Shown in pieces: positions 44,774 to 55,451 of a DNA stretch of 64,000 nucleotides (the stretch's first letter is position 1; each line of letters opens with the position of its first letter). The translations under genes and the position numbers were made by a program. The notes under the pieces were generated by a model. It saw only the letters and a program-made list of their open reading frames with translations, was not told the DNA's origin and ran no database searches. The stretch lies in the sequence record PQ471515.1. The stretch is one strand, 5' to 3'.

Positions 44774-45317
44774 ACTTGACTTAGCATTTGAGCGTGTAAA
44801 AATCTTCATTGAAACTTATCTTATGCATGAAACTATACTGAAAACAAAAGGAATATGGTTCACTGATAAATTTCTTACTATGGCTATGAGAGGTGGAATG
44901 AAACATCTGTACTGCACAGATAATGCAAGAATTTCAGTACTGAATTATGATGAAAGTGTAGCATCCAGTACCAGTTTAATTTCTACATACAATGATAATG
45001 TTATTAGTATTATGTGCAATATGAATGTCCCATCTATTTCTGTATATAAAAACTGTGATAGTTCATTGGAGTACAAGATTGAGCAGTACTTATATCCTAA
45101 CACAGAAGAAAACATCTTTCAAAATAGTCTTATGTGGGATGATACATCTACTAAGTGCATATATCTTTATAATAAATTAAAAGAGTACATTGTTGATAGT
45201 TCAATTAGTACTGCTGTATTCAGTGTTACTGTTTTTAATGATAATCGTGAAGATATGAGTTATTACAGAGACATTGTAAGAATACATGCAAAGTATAAGG
45301 AACTACTATGTTATTAA
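44763..45317 (+). CDS. family C, long type
   Basis: NTEENIFQNSLMWD; start at MYNELD. Confidence 0.85.
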   Translation: MYNELDLAFERVKIFIETYLMHETILKTKGIWFTDKFLTMAMRGGMKHLYCTDNARISVLNYDESVASSTSLISTYNDNVISIMCNMNVPSISVYKNCDSSLEYKIEQYLYPNTEENIFQNSLMWDDTSTKCIYLYNKLKEYIVDSSISTAVFSVTVFNDNREDMSYYRDIVRIHAKYKELLCY

Positions 45318-45910
45318 ATGCAAATAAATGTTGTAGTACTGAGGTTCATTTGTATTTTAAGAAATTAGTAAATGATATTATCTATATGCAAGAAATCATT
45401 TATCACAAAAGAATGGACTTAGAAAAAGCATTAGTTCAGTTCTCTTTTAATCTCGATGGTGATATATCGTTAGATGGTGATGGATTGCGTATAGCATTTG
45501 ACGGTAATACAAATAGGGTTTTCTTTTGGATAGATAATAAATTATGTTCATCAATATGTCGTACTTTTTATAACCCTATTTCGGACTTATATCAATTGGT
45601 GTATTCTAAAGGTGCAGTTGAAGCATCATACGGTGATAGCTTTGCACTAGGGAAGAGTATCCCATATATGCAATCATTTGATATTGAATTAGTCAGTACT
45701 GATGAAGATGCGATGTTCACAAATGATATAACAATGCAGCGTGAATCTGCAATGAGATATATTACAAATTCTATGCATACATTCTTCGAAAGAACAGAAT
45801 TTGATAATGTGTATATAGCAAATGTAAATATTTTTACTGACCTTTGTCAGTTCTTGAGAAGTATTTTTGATTTCGATGAAAGCTATTGTAAGCTTTATAC
45901 TGAGGTTTAA
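45308..45910 (+). CDS. hypothetical, degenerate family C
   Basis: TDEDAMFTNDI at the motif position. Confidence 0.8.
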   Translation: MLLNANKCCSTEVHLYFKKLVNDIIYMQEIIYHKRMDLEKALVQFSFNLDGDISLDGDGLRIAFDGNTNRVFFWIDNKLCSSICRTFYNPISDLYQLVYSKGAVEASYGDSFALGKSIPYMQSFDIELVSTDEDAMFTNDITMQRESAMRYITNSMHTFFERTEFDNVYIANVNIFTDLCQFLRSIFDFDESYCKLYTEV

Positions 45911-45915
45911 ATGCC

Positions 45916-46275
45916 ATGAATACCATTAGTATTACGTACTACACAACGAAAAAATACGTTTGTTGTTTACTTTCGTTAAAGACAAATGATGATATGTTTG
46001 AAATGGCGGCATATACATTAGAATTGTCAGAAGATGGATTTCAATGTCATGAAGCGTACTCAAATACACGTGAAGATACAATTGATACTACGCTAATGCA
46101 AGAAGATGAGTTATTTCAAGAAAGTTTAGTATGGGATAAAAAATACTATTGTGATTTTGATTTTCTTTGTTTAATCCAGAAAGAAATGAAAAGGATCTTC
46201 GACAATTATCCGGTGAAGAGATTGAGTACTAAGCCGGAGCAGTACAGGAGAATTTTATTCCGTTATGAAGACTGA
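45916..46275 (+). CDS. family C, short type
   Basis: MQEDELFQESLVWD. Confidence 0.9.
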   Translation: MNTISITYYTTKKYVCCLLSLKTNDDMFEMAAYTLELSEDGFQCHEAYSNTREDTIDTTLMQEDELFQESLVWDKKYYCDFDFLCLIQKEMKRIFDNYPVKRLSTKPEQYRRILFRYED

Positions 46276-46603
46276 ATTAGTAAAAATAATGTACGCAACT
46301 CACACCAAGTTATTATTGGTTAAAATGGATTACAACAGAAAACATAATGAATTCTGTACATTAATCCGAAATGAGGAATCATTTACATTGCGTACAAATG
46401 ATAAGCCAATGCTAACTATAAATGATTTTTCATGTTTAGATACAGGTGAATTGTTCCAGGAGTCATTAGTACTGGATAGTAGTATACATTTGGAAATTGA
46501 AGTACTACAACAGTACCAGATACTTTTGAATCGTATTATGGAAAATTATCCATGTGAAGTTGGTGGACCAATGCAATTCAAATCAAAGATGTATGAACTA
46601 TGA
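46265..46603 (+). CDS. family C, short type
   Basis: LDTGELFQESLVLD. Confidence 0.9.
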   Translation: MKTELVKIMYATHTKLLLVKMDYNRKHNEFCTLIRNEESFTLRTNDKPMLTINDFSCLDTGELFQESLVLDSSIHLEIEVLQQYQILLNRIMENYPCEVGGPMQFKSKMYEL

Positions 46604-46610
46604 GGTTAGT

Positions 46611-47144
46611 ATGTTAGATAAAATAAAGAACGAGGGAACTCTATACAATCATCTTAAGTTGGATACGTTCGAGGCAGCAATCAGTACTGCACAAGATATA
46701 ATTGATATTATCAAGTACATTAAAGAAAATAAGTTAAAATGTGTGAAAACGCCAGAACGTACAATGTACAAAGATGACGACCTTCACGTATCAGTTGTTA
46801 AGCCAAAAGATAAGGATGGTAATAGAGATTTCTATAATAACAGTGGACAGTATGAATGTGAATATGATCCCGAATTTAGAGGTGGATTCATGTGCTTCAG
46901 TAAAACAGATACTTCACATGTTGAGATACGTACATTAAAAGGTCTAGGTAGATTTGAGTTCATGGATATAGAACTAAATGAAGAAAACTACTTCCAACAA
47001 TCATTACTTAATACTGAATACAATTTAGGTGTACTATTCATGTACAAGTACTTATATGAGCACTTAAATGAAGACTTCTATCTGGACTTAGAAGATTACC
47101 ATTTAGTATGGAAAGAAATGGTAGAACTTCGTGAGAACTCTTGA
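46611..47144 (+). CDS. family C, long type
   Basis: LNEENYFQQSLLNT; GAGG RBS before MLDKIK. Confidence 0.85.
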   Translation: MLDKIKNEGTLYNHLKLDTFEAAISTAQDIIDIIKYIKENKLKCVKTPERTMYKDDDLHVSVVKPKDKDGNRDFYNNSGQYECEYDPEFRGGFMCFSKTDTSHVEIRTLKGLGRFEFMDIELNEENYFQQSLLNTEYNLGVLFMYKYLYEHLNEDFYLDLEDYHLVWKEMVELRENS

Positions 47145-47170
47145 CACCCTCCAAATCTTTGTGATATAAT
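47141..47170 (+). promoter_or_regulatory. sigma70-type promoter
   Basis: TTGACA-18-TATAAT with extended -10. Confidence 0.7.
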
Positions 47171-47203
47171 CTCTTTATATTAATTGTAAAGGGTTATATC
47201 ACA

Positions 47204-47686
47204 ATGTCCAAAGACCTATCATTTAGCAATGCACAAAAAATCGCACAAAATATCATTAAACTTCATAAGTTCCTTTTAACAGTTAAAGAGAATATAATTC
47301 TCCCACGATGCACACTTTATGCGTACAAAAATTATTTGTCAATGAATAGCAATTTGTTGTATACTACAGATGAGAATTTCTGTGGTATTCGTGTACTTGA
47401 CGATGCACCAACAGGGGATTTTATCTCATATTGTTTCCATACATCTGATAGTTTTAAGTACTATCATCCTAGATTTAATGATGATGAATATGAATATGAC
47501 ACATTTAATGTTAGATCAGAAGAAGAATTCTTCCAGTACAGTACTTTGTACAATGAGAGAATCGTGTTTAGTTCTACAATTTTTACAGTACTTAAAGATG
47601 AACTCAATGACGCAGATGATAGATTCTATATGGATTTAAACTTCGTAGATGAAATCATTGAGTACATGGAGAAAAATGGTCTATGA
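47204..47686 (+). CDS. family C, long type
   Basis: RSEEEFFQYSTLYN. Confidence 0.9.
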   Translation: MSKDLSFSNAQKIAQNIIKLHKFLLTVKENIILPRCTLYAYKNYLSMNSNLLYTTDENFCGIRVLDDAPTGDFISYCFHTSDSFKYYHPRFNDDEYEYDTFNVRSEEEFFQYSTLYNERIVFSSTIFTVLKDELNDADDRFYMDLNFVDEIIEYMEKNGL

Positions 47687-48165
47687 TTACAACAGAATAT
47701 GATTACGATGGTGTTTTAGAATTTGCATCTAACATTCATCGCATTGCAAAGGAGTTCAGAAGTCCCCAACCTTTCGGTGGAATGCCTTTTGGTGGAATGT
47801 TCCAATATGACCAATTCAGTTCAACCAAAGGAAGACTTGCCTTTAAAAATAATAGGGACAATCAAGTATATGCTGAGTACTTTGACGATAATGACTTTCA
47901 TTACAGAGGTGAATATATTTCATATTGCCAAGGGTCCGATTTGAAGATTAACATTGATACATTTAGAGATTCAGTGCTTATCCCTTACAATGAGTTAGTT
48001 TTCATGACTGAAGAAATGTACTTCCAAGGGTCTTGTATTCATGATGCAAAAGTACTTAATGCTATATTACTTTATGGTGCACTACTTCATCATTACAAAT
48101 ACAAACAACGATTCTTTTTAGATTTAGATGTATACCATAAATGCGTGGATTATTTGAATGCATAA
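47683..48165 (+). CDS. family C, long type
   Basis: MTEEMYFQGSCIHD. Confidence 0.9.
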   Translation: MITTEYDYDGVLEFASNIHRIAKEFRSPQPFGGMPFGGMFQYDQFSSTKGRLAFKNNRDNQVYAEYFDDNDFHYRGEYISYCQGSDLKINIDTFRDSVLIPYNELVFMTEEMYFQGSCIHDAKVLNAILLYGALLHHYKYKQRFFLDLDVYHKCVDYLNA

Positions 48166-48520
48166 TACAACAACAATTCAGTACATGACGGATGGCAATG
48201 ATTGCTTTGCTTCAAGATATGAATTCATCAAGAACCATTTCGTAACCTATATCCCTGAATATAATCAGTTTTATCTACAGATTTACCAAAATGATTCATA
48301 TATGAATGAGATATATTCTGAAATAAAAATCCCTGATTATAGTACTTTATCAGAAGAGGAATTGTTTCAGGAGAGCACTGTCAATACTGAAGATGTGTAC
48401 GAACTAATGGAATACCAGAAGGTACTTAAATATTTCCATGACGTTCAGGATATACAAATGGATAGTGTTAAAACGTGGAATTATAACACATACGAGGTAA
48501 ATTATGTTCGAAATGATTAA
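48158..48520 (+). CDS. family C, short type
   Basis: LSEEELFQESTVN. Confidence 0.9.
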   Translation: MHNTTTIQYMTDGNDCFASRYEFIKNHFVTYIPEYNQFYLQIYQNDSYMNEIYSEIKIPDYSTLSEEELFQESTVNTEDVYELMEYQKVLKYFHDVQDIQMDSVKTWNYNTYEVNYVRND

Positions 48521-48917
48521 AATTATGCAACGATGCATTGTTGACCAACATGGAATATATGGATATAGTTTAAGTGCAGCTATTGACAAAAACAAAACAA
48601 CCTATGTAAGCTATAATTCAGTACTTGGATTTGATATATTCATTGATGCCAACAATAAAATCAAACAAGCCAAGGATGTATCTATAATGACCCCTGATGA
48701 GCTATTTCAGTACAGCTTAGTTCTGCCCACCTGTATTGATTTACAACGCCTAGGAGCTATACAGAAGGTTTTACGCGAACATAAAGTACAACCAAATAAA
48801 ATTACACACATTCCAGAAACATTCTACAAACCCATAGAAGTAGAAACACCTGATTATATGTTAAGTGATGATGAGTTCTACAAGAAACACTTCCCTGGTA
48901 AAGTTTGGAGAGACTAA
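48504..48917 (+). CDS. family C, short type
   Basis: MTPDELFQYSLVL. Confidence 0.85.
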   Translation: MFEMIKIMQRCIVDQHGIYGYSLSAAIDKNKTTYVSYNSVLGFDIFIDANNKIKQAKDVSIMTPDELFQYSLVLPTCIDLQRLGAIQKVLREHKVQPNKITHIPETFYKPIEVETPDYMLSDDEFYKKHFPGKVWRD

Positions 48918-49399
48918 TGAACCGAAAGTACAGAGAAACTATGAAGTTCGCTAAGGAGTGTTTAGAGACAGTTGATTTCATTTTCGATAACAAAGACTCA
49001 TTGGGTCGCCACTTCGTAATTACAAAGAAAGAAGATAAGAGATACAAGTGTCAAAGATTAGGATACAGTATTGAGTTCTCCTTAATGATTGATGGAATGA
49101 TAAACTCCTTATATGAATGTGGTAAGACTGATTACATTTCATTTAGATCTTGGAGTGAACGTGTCATGTTCTTGACTCCAAATGGAGTTGTATATCCTTT
49201 TCTTGATGATTTATCAGAAGAAAGTTACTTTCAAAATAGTTTAATTTACACAGAAAAAGAACTCAAAATGCTATTCATTATGTCGTACTTTAAAAAGTAC
49301 TGCAATTTTAAATCATTATCTTTTGAGATCTCTGCAATGAAAGTATTCATTAAAAATGTAAAAGAATTAAAGAGGATTTACGATGTACATAGAAAATGA
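48917..49399 (+). CDS. family C, long type
   Basis: LSEESYFQNSLIYT; start at MNRKYR. Confidence 0.85.
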   Translation: MNRKYRETMKFAKECLETVDFIFDNKDSLGRHFVITKKEDKRYKCQRLGYSIEFSLMIDGMINSLYECGKTDYISFRSWSERVMFLTPNGVVYPFLDDLSEESYFQNSLIYTEKELKMLFIMSYFKKYCNFKSLSFEISAMKVFIKNVKELKRIYDVHRK

Positions 49400-49925
49400 T
49401 AATGTAAAATGCATTGCCGACATTTGTATAAAATTAATGAAAATTTTCATTAACCCAAAATACAAGACTCGTTCTTTACGTCATAATATTGATGATCATT
49501 GTGTAATTACTATTCTAGGTAGTATGCTTGATGTAAAGTACGATGGTAAATTGTTATTCGGTGTCCGAGAAGAGAAGATAGATGATGTCTTCTTTTCTCC
49601 TAAAGATAAGTTTGAACCTTCTGATTATAAAGTAATTATTCGTGATGATAGTATCTACATTAGTAGTGACTATTCAAATTACGTCGAACAGATATACACT
49701 GAAAATGTTGACTACAACCATGAACTACTAGATTTACCAACATCAGACATAGATATGGAGAGAATCAAATTTTCATTATCAAATAATGAGTACTTAGGTA
49801 TACAAACATATTATGCACTTCAGGGAAAGATTCCACCTGCGATGTATATAAGAATTGAGATTGGTAATGTATTCAGTGATAAGGTTATATCAATTGCTGA
49901 TAAAATATTGAAGGTACAATTATGA
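49383..49925 (+). CDS. hypothetical, degenerate family C
   Basis: Similar size and C-terminal pattern; FQ motif eroded. Confidence 0.8.
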   Translation: MYIENDNVKCIADICIKLMKIFINPKYKTRSLRHNIDDHCVITILGSMLDVKYDGKLLFGVREEKIDDVFFSPKDKFEPSDYKVIIRDDSIYISSDYSNYVEQIYTENVDYNHELLDLPTSDIDMERIKFSLSNNEYLGIQTYYALQGKIPPAMYIRIEIGNVFSDKVISIADKILKVQL

Positions 49926-50479
49926 ATTTTACTAATTATAATTTACATAGACTTGAATTACGTCATTGTATTGCATTTGCAAAAACATTAATGTGCATCA
50001 TTGATACACTATCATCTAAAACTTTTCGAAAGGATAATGATTTATGCCTTAAAAAAGGTAAAGTACAAAAATACGATTATACAGATGAAACGTATTTTGA
50101 TATCTTTTTGGGAACAAATGATAGTACAAGAGTAGGATGTTTGGGAACAGTTGGGACACATTGCTTTACATGGAATCCAAATTCAAGTACAGTACGAATT
50201 GACACCAACGATACATGTTATGCTGACCTTAGTACTGAATCTGATTTAGAATCAGTTATGTTCCAACACATGTTAATCCATAAACCAAATGAATTTCTTT
50301 ACATTGTTGCTTTTAGTTATCTCTTACAAAATTATAAATCAGGTTTTACTATTGAAACTGATATCGATGAGATTATGGATGAGATTCCTAGTTTAAAAGA
50401 TATTCTTGAAGAAAAAGATTTCTATCAGGACTTTAGAGATTTATACAACATGCACAGGGAGTTATCTGATAATGAATAA
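49922..50479 (+). CDS. family C, long type
   Basis: DLESVMFQHMLIH. Confidence 0.85.
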   Translation: MNFTNYNLHRLELRHCIAFAKTLMCIIDTLSSKTFRKDNDLCLKKGKVQKYDYTDETYFDIFLGTNDSTRVGCLGTVGTHCFTWNPNSSTVRIDTNDTCYADLSTESDLESVMFQHMLIHKPNEFLYIVAFSYLLQNYKSGFTIETDIDEIMDEIPSLKDILEEKDFYQDFRDLYNMHRELSDNE

Positions 50480-50990
50480 AGATGATATTCTAATCAGACT
50501 AATCAACAGTCTGTTAAAATTCGTGAATAGTGATAGTGATACACACAATGTAGGTGACATTGAATTCAAATCATTTGGAATGTACGGTGAGGACAAAACA
50601 TATTATGCATCAATGAAATTCCAAGATTATTATGAAATGTTAATTGCGTTAACATACGAAGATGTGGACCCAAGATGGAGTTCCAGTATTTCTCTGTCGA
50701 GAATGGTAATTCGTAGTAAACATCGTTACATTTCGTCAAAGAATACTCCTAATTTGTTTGATATTGTTTTGAATGAAAATACCAACCCCCCATCTAAACA
50801 TGATATCGTACCTTTAACTGATGAAGTACAGTTTCAATTGAGTACCATTTGTGATGAAGATGTGATATCATGTATGAAAATTTACGAGAAGATTGGTAGT
50901 GATATCCCTAAGAACTATTACATAACAATAGATGGAACGTACCTCCGAGATGAGGCTCTAGCGTACATTGACAGCGTTTTACCAAAATAA
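50472..50990 (+). CDS. family C, long type
   Basis: LTDEVQFQLSTICD; start at MNKDDI. Confidence 0.85.
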   Translation: MNKDDILIRLINSLLKFVNSDSDTHNVGDIEFKSFGMYGEDKTYYASMKFQDYYEMLIALTYEDVDPRWSSSISLSRMVIRSKHRYISSKNTPNLFDIVLNENTNPPSKHDIVPLTDEVQFQLSTICDEDVISCMKIYEKIGSDIPKNYYITIDGTYLRDEALAYIDSVLPK

Positions 50991-51010
50991 AGACCCTTAT
51001 GGGTCTTTTT
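50989..51010 (+). terminator. intrinsic terminator
   Basis: AAAGACCC-TTAT-GGGTCTTTTT. Confidence 0.8.
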
Positions 51011-51021
51011 GTGTTTAGTGC

Positions 51022-51050
51022 TTTACATGAGCATTCAGGTGTGTTATAAT
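51022..51050 (+). promoter_or_regulatory. sigma70-type promoter
   Basis: TTTACA-17-TATAAT with extended -10. Confidence 0.75.
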
Positions 51051-51077
51051 CGCTTTTAACAGAGTACAGGAGAAGAT

Positions 51078-51641
51078 ATGAGTACTGAATTAATTAAAGA
51101 AATCACATTGTTGGTAAAGCATTGTTTTAAGTTCATTGATGATAATGGTTCACGCCAGTACATTAAAGTTAATGAGAAATATAACATTAACGTCCTAAAG
51201 AATGAAACCGTTAACAGTTATGCAAACATTGAGTTAGATGTTGAGGACAAATACACAGCATTACACATCATTTCGTCCGGCGATAGAAAACAAGATTATC
51301 GTTCTACATTTTATGATGATAGTGTTACTGTTGGTTATAACTTTCATAAAAATAAAATTGCTTATAAGAATACATACACACATGAAGTAATTGAAGAGTA
51401 CAATTATAAAATTAAAAAAGACGAGTACGATGTACTTTTATTCAATGCGAACCTCATACACAACGCTGGTACTGTTCGCAATCTTATGTTAGCATATGAA
51501 ATTCCAAAGATTATAGAAAGAAATGAATTGATAATCTTTAAAACTATATTAAAATTCAGTACAGAAGAATTAGAAGATCTAATACTGGCTCTTAAGACGT
51601 TCATCAATGAACATGTACCTGTTAAATTAGAGGACTTATAA
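51078..51641 (+). CDS. hypothetical, degenerate family C
   Basis: AGGAG RBS; DEYDVLLFNANLIHN. Confidence 0.85.
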   Translation: MSTELIKEITLLVKHCFKFIDDNGSRQYIKVNEKYNINVLKNETVNSYANIELDVEDKYTALHIISSGDRKQDYRSTFYDDSVTVGYNFHKNKIAYKNTYTHEVIEEYNYKIKKDEYDVLLFNANLIHNAGTVRNLMLAYEIPKIIERNELIIFKTILKFSTEELEDLILALKTFINEHVPVKLEDL

Positions 51642-52225
51642 TGCAAGCTGAACACATTCAAATTATGAAATTGATGCATGACATTGCAGAACTATCTGAA
51701 AAGCACAACATTACTGAACATGAGCCTATTGGAAATTATCGTCTTAAAGTTGAATGCAAATCACCATATCGTTTTGGTTCAGTAGTACTGGAGTCTTATA
51801 AAGTTTACGATTATGGAACGACGAAAAAAGGTTCATGGGATACTATGGCAATGTATATCCGAACATCAAGACATAGTGAGCAAATCGGTTCCATTACTCC
51901 AAACATGATATTTGTCAATGCTTTACACGAAGATATTAATCGAATTGTTGAATCTAATTTTGATGACGTAGAGAATGATACATATTTGGAAATTCCACCA
52001 GAACTAGATCAAAGTGAAGACATTCGTGAAGCATACATTTTCCAGAGATCAGTACTTGACAACTTCAAGGAATTTGAGTACATGATGCTTTGCTATGAAA
52101 CTGCAAAAGCTATTGACACTGGCGAATTGGTAATGTATAGTAAGTTCATTAACTGTGAATCCGATACATTAAAAGAGCTACACGCGGCAATCAAAAACAT
52201 CAAGGATACATATGAACGCTTATAG
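51641..52225 (+). CDS. family C, long type
   Basis: DIREAYIFQRSVLD. Confidence 0.85.
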   Translation: MQAEHIQIMKLMHDIAELSEKHNITEHEPIGNYRLKVECKSPYRFGSVVLESYKVYDYGTTKKGSWDTMAMYIRTSRHSEQIGSITPNMIFVNALHEDINRIVESNFDDVENDTYLEIPPELDQSEDIREAYIFQRSVLDNFKEFEYMMLCYETAKAIDTGELVMYSKFINCESDTLKELHAAIKNIKDTYERL

Positions 52226-52790
52226 TTATATGACAGCCCGACACCAACAGCTATATGATATCAGTACAAAAATGTTATCCATTGTTGGTAGTGCCAAAGA
52301 AATTAACAAACATTACCTCATTCGTGATGTGAGATTTTCATCTAAATGTATGTCCAAAGAATATTACGATCACGGTATTCTTACTATTTCTGGTGCCAGG
52401 AATATTTGTATTGTAAAAAATAATAGTAAAAGTAATGAAGAGTGCGAGATTAGATCCGATATCCAAATTAATGATGATGGAAGTTTTTCACACCATCCAT
52501 TTCATATTAGTACTGTTGGTGTTTTATATAATATTAAAGTACTATTCGGTGATAAAGAGTATGAGTTAAAAGCTATCAATCCAGAATCAAGTACAGTTGA
52601 TGAAGAACTGTTTCAGATGAGCACCGTTATACCTGAAGAGGTTCTTAGTACTGTTGTTTTTTGTAGTTTAATTTATCACACATACAAAAAGAACCAATTC
52701 GATTTCCACATTTTAGGAACGTACATCTTCAATACTTTGAATGTTGATCGTTTAAAAGCATTAAATGCAGCAATGGATAAGGTGCTATAA
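52212..52790 (+). CDS. family C, long type
   Basis: VDEELFQMSTVIP. Confidence 0.9.
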   Translation: MNAYSYMTARHQQLYDISTKMLSIVGSAKEINKHYLIRDVRFSSKCMSKEYYDHGILTISGARNICIVKNNSKSNEECEIRSDIQINDDGSFSHHPFHISTVGVLYNIKVLFGDKEYELKAINPESSTVDEELFQMSTVIPEEVLSTVVFCSLIYHTYKKNQFDFHILGTYIFNTLNVDRLKALNAAMDKVL

Positions 52791-53218
52791 TGACAAGAGA
52801 TGAATGCTTATACATATGGGATATAATTGAAACTACACTTTCAAATCCAGAAAATTATAAAACACAAAAAAGACAACGACACAAAACATGGATAGATTTG
52901 TTTGTTGATGAAAAACATGTACTAACAATTTGGGATTCACAAAGGGCATCTGCATCTACACTGTTGGACAATCAATGCATTGATTGCATTAATTCCACTT
53001 TTCATCTTCACGGTACTACAATTTTCGGCACATTTCTAGATATTGAAAGTAAAGATGATATTGATTCACTTGCTTTACAATACGGAGTACTATATAATAC
53101 TAAATTAATTTACGATTTAGTACTAGCTTCTTATGTGTATAAATTAATGATGAAATATAATCATATTTCTGTTTCAGTTTATACTAAGGATATTATTTCA
53201 TTAAGAGACAAATCATGA
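52790..53218 (+). CDS. hypothetical, degenerate family C
   Basis: DIDSLALQYGVLYN. Confidence 0.8.
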   Translation: MTRDECLYIWDIIETTLSNPENYKTQKRQRHKTWIDLFVDEKHVLTIWDSQRASASTLLDNQCIDCINSTFHLHGTTIFGTFLDIESKDDIDSLALQYGVLYNTKLIYDLVLASYVYKLMMKYNHISVSVYTKDIISLRDKS

Positions 53219-53721
53219 GTTTATTAAATGCACTAGAGTTGGTTGAGATGTATGAGATTTTGTCTTCATATAAAAATTCACCAAAAGATGTAATTCTCAA
53301 CAAAAAGTTCCATGTCAGTGTTGAACATATAACAAATATAGATATGATTTCTTTGGTGGAAAGTAATAAGTCAGGTCTGGAGCGTGATATCATGCGTTTG
53401 ATTTATATTCCTAAACCATCATATACTAATGATAGTTCAATTAGTAATGAGACATTCATGTATAGTCCTGGTACGGATTCTACTATAGTATCGCTGTCCA
53501 AACAATCAATGGATACTTTCAAATTCGGATATACCAGTACTGATAACACCGAAGAAGTTGAATTCCAATTTAACACAGTAAGTTCGCATGGAAATATTAT
53601 TGCATTCATGTCATACTTATGGACTATTAAATCAAATTATATTGTATATAGTTCTAATTACACACAAGATAGTATTGTTGAATCATTTAAAGTTCTAAAG
53701 GAATACTATGAAAATAACTAA
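53215..53721 (+). CDS. family C, long type
   Basis: NTEEVEFQFNTVS. Confidence 0.85.
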   Translation: MSLLNALELVEMYEILSSYKNSPKDVILNKKFHVSVEHITNIDMISLVESNKSGLERDIMRLIYIPKPSYTNDSSISNETFMYSPGTDSTIVSLSKQSMDTFKFGYTSTDNTEEVEFQFNTVSSHGNIIAFMSYLWTIKSNYIVYSSNYTQDSIVESFKVLKEYYENN

Positions 53722-54289
53722 TGATTTTATTAGAAGCTTAGTGCACCCTATGCTTGGTGTTATGAAAAAATTACAAACTCTACCTGAAGACAACGATTAC
53801 AAGTTTAATCGTTTTGATTCAGATGTGTTTTGTATTGAAATGGAAATTAATAACAATCGTTATTTTCATTTAAAATTCAAAGAATCGTCGAGTTCGCACT
53901 ACAACTTTGACATGAATTTTAAAATAAGCAATGATATTGAAGAAAACGCAATATCAAATCATATTAGCAGAAATGGTTTCATGCATAGAACTAATATGTT
54001 CAATAATAAAAACAGTATTATATCTAAATGGAATCATCAATTCACTAAAATTTGTGATATTGATTGCAGTACATTTGGTGAAGAACAATACTTTCAGTTA
54101 AGTACAATACATGAACTTCCACCATATGATTGTGTAAAAACATGGTTTGATATTCATAATATAATTGATGATGCAATCGTACTTCCATTTGGGTTGTCAA
54201 TATCATATACTGCACCTAAAACGTTTGTTTTTACTGAAGATATGATTATGAAAAAGATATGGGCGATGATGCCACTTATGCTTGATTAA
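53708..54289 (+). CDS. family C, long type
   Basis: FGEEQYFQLSTIHE. Confidence 0.9.
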   Translation: MKITNDFIRSLVHPMLGVMKKLQTLPEDNDYKFNRFDSDVFCIEMEINNNRYFHLKFKESSSSHYNFDMNFKISNDIEENAISNHISRNGFMHRTNMFNNKNSIISKWNHQFTKICDIDCSTFGEEQYFQLSTIHELPPYDCVKTWFDIHNIIDDAIVLPFGLSISYTAPKTFVFTEDMIMKKIWAMMPLMLD

Positions 54290-54300
54290 CGGAGAACTAC

Positions 54301-54852
54301 ATGAATCAAAGTCATGATCTTTTTAAATTATGTGCATCCAAAGATGTGGAAGGATGGGCAGATAAAATCAATACAATTATCAACCGTTATCTTGGCTTCT
54401 GTGCACGATCACGAAGTGAAGGTTCAATGCGTTTCCAAATAACCATGACAATCGATGGTGTTACGATTTATGTCAACGAAGAACGTCTTGGTATTAATCT
54501 ATATGATAGTTGTGTCTTTGCTATTCACCAGAAAATGGGGGCAGGTTGGGGTTGTAATAATATGAACACCAATGCTTTTTTCTGGGTAGGTCATAGCAAC
54601 ACAGTACTTGATCCTTCAACTAAATCAAACCTATTAGTTGATAATATCGTATATGATTTAGCTTACTCTGAAGAACAACATTTTCAGTTAAGTACATTGC
54701 ATAATTTAGTCAAATATGAAGATTGTATCAAAGCATTAGAATTATGTCATTCACTTGAACTTAAAGAAAAATTGATACAAATTTACCCGTTGTTCTTCCA
54801 TGAAGAAGTACAATGCACACTAGATCATATTTTATATGGGTACGACAAATGA
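54301..54852 (+). CDS. family C, long type
   Basis: YSEEQHFQLSTLHN. Confidence 0.9.
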   Translation: MNQSHDLFKLCASKDVEGWADKINTIINRYLGFCARSRSEGSMRFQITMTIDGVTIYVNEERLGINLYDSCVFAIHQKMGAGWGCNNMNTNAFFWVGHSNTVLDPSTKSNLLVDNIVYDLAYSEEQHFQLSTLHNLVKYEDCIKALELCHSLELKEKLIQIYPLFFHEEVQCTLDHILYGYDK

Positions 54853-55451
54853 GAAAAAGTTATCAAGAAGCTATTGACCTAATTCGAGAAGTTATTAAGG
54901 TGGCTCCAGGTGCGATAGCATTCAAGAAGTCCCTATATAAAAAGTATGGTTCCATGTCAAGTATGTGCTGTCAAAAGAAACGTAGTAAATTCACTACGCA
55001 GTACTGGCACGATTCTATTATCCTGAGTAATGAACATCAGCGTATTTTAACAATCGAATCAGTAGATAATCAATATGGTGAAGGAATGATTTGTGTTCCT
55101 GACTATGATGAAATTAATTTCAATTGTGGAGATTATGAGACTACATTATTATTACACGAGGGTTACCCTGAAGGTGATGTAATGGCAGAGTATAATCCAA
55201 AAACCAAAATACTGAAACGTGGTATGCAGTTCAAAATCAATAACAAAGATGATGTGGAAGCAGCACTAATGCAACTTAGTACTAGTGAACCTATCACTAT
55301 TGATGTAGAAGAGTTATGGGGCATCATTTCAGTACTTAATGAGTGTTATAAAATTAAATCATTACATAAGTACTCTATCATTTTACATACTAATTGTGCA
55401 ATGATAAAATGCAAGAACATACAAGAGATGGTGGTTCCAGATGAACTTTAA
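54849..55451 (+). CDS. hypothetical, degenerate family C
   Basis: DVEAALMQLSTSE; start at MRKSYQ. Confidence 0.85.
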   Translation: MRKSYQEAIDLIREVIKVAPGAIAFKKSLYKKYGSMSSMCCQKKRSKFTTQYWHDSIILSNEHQRILTIESVDNQYGEGMICVPDYDEINFNCGDYETTLLLHEGYPEGDVMAEYNPKTKILKRGMQFKINNKDDVEAALMQLSTSEPITIDVEELWGIISVLNECYKIKSLHKYSIILHTNCAMIKCKNIQEMVVPDEL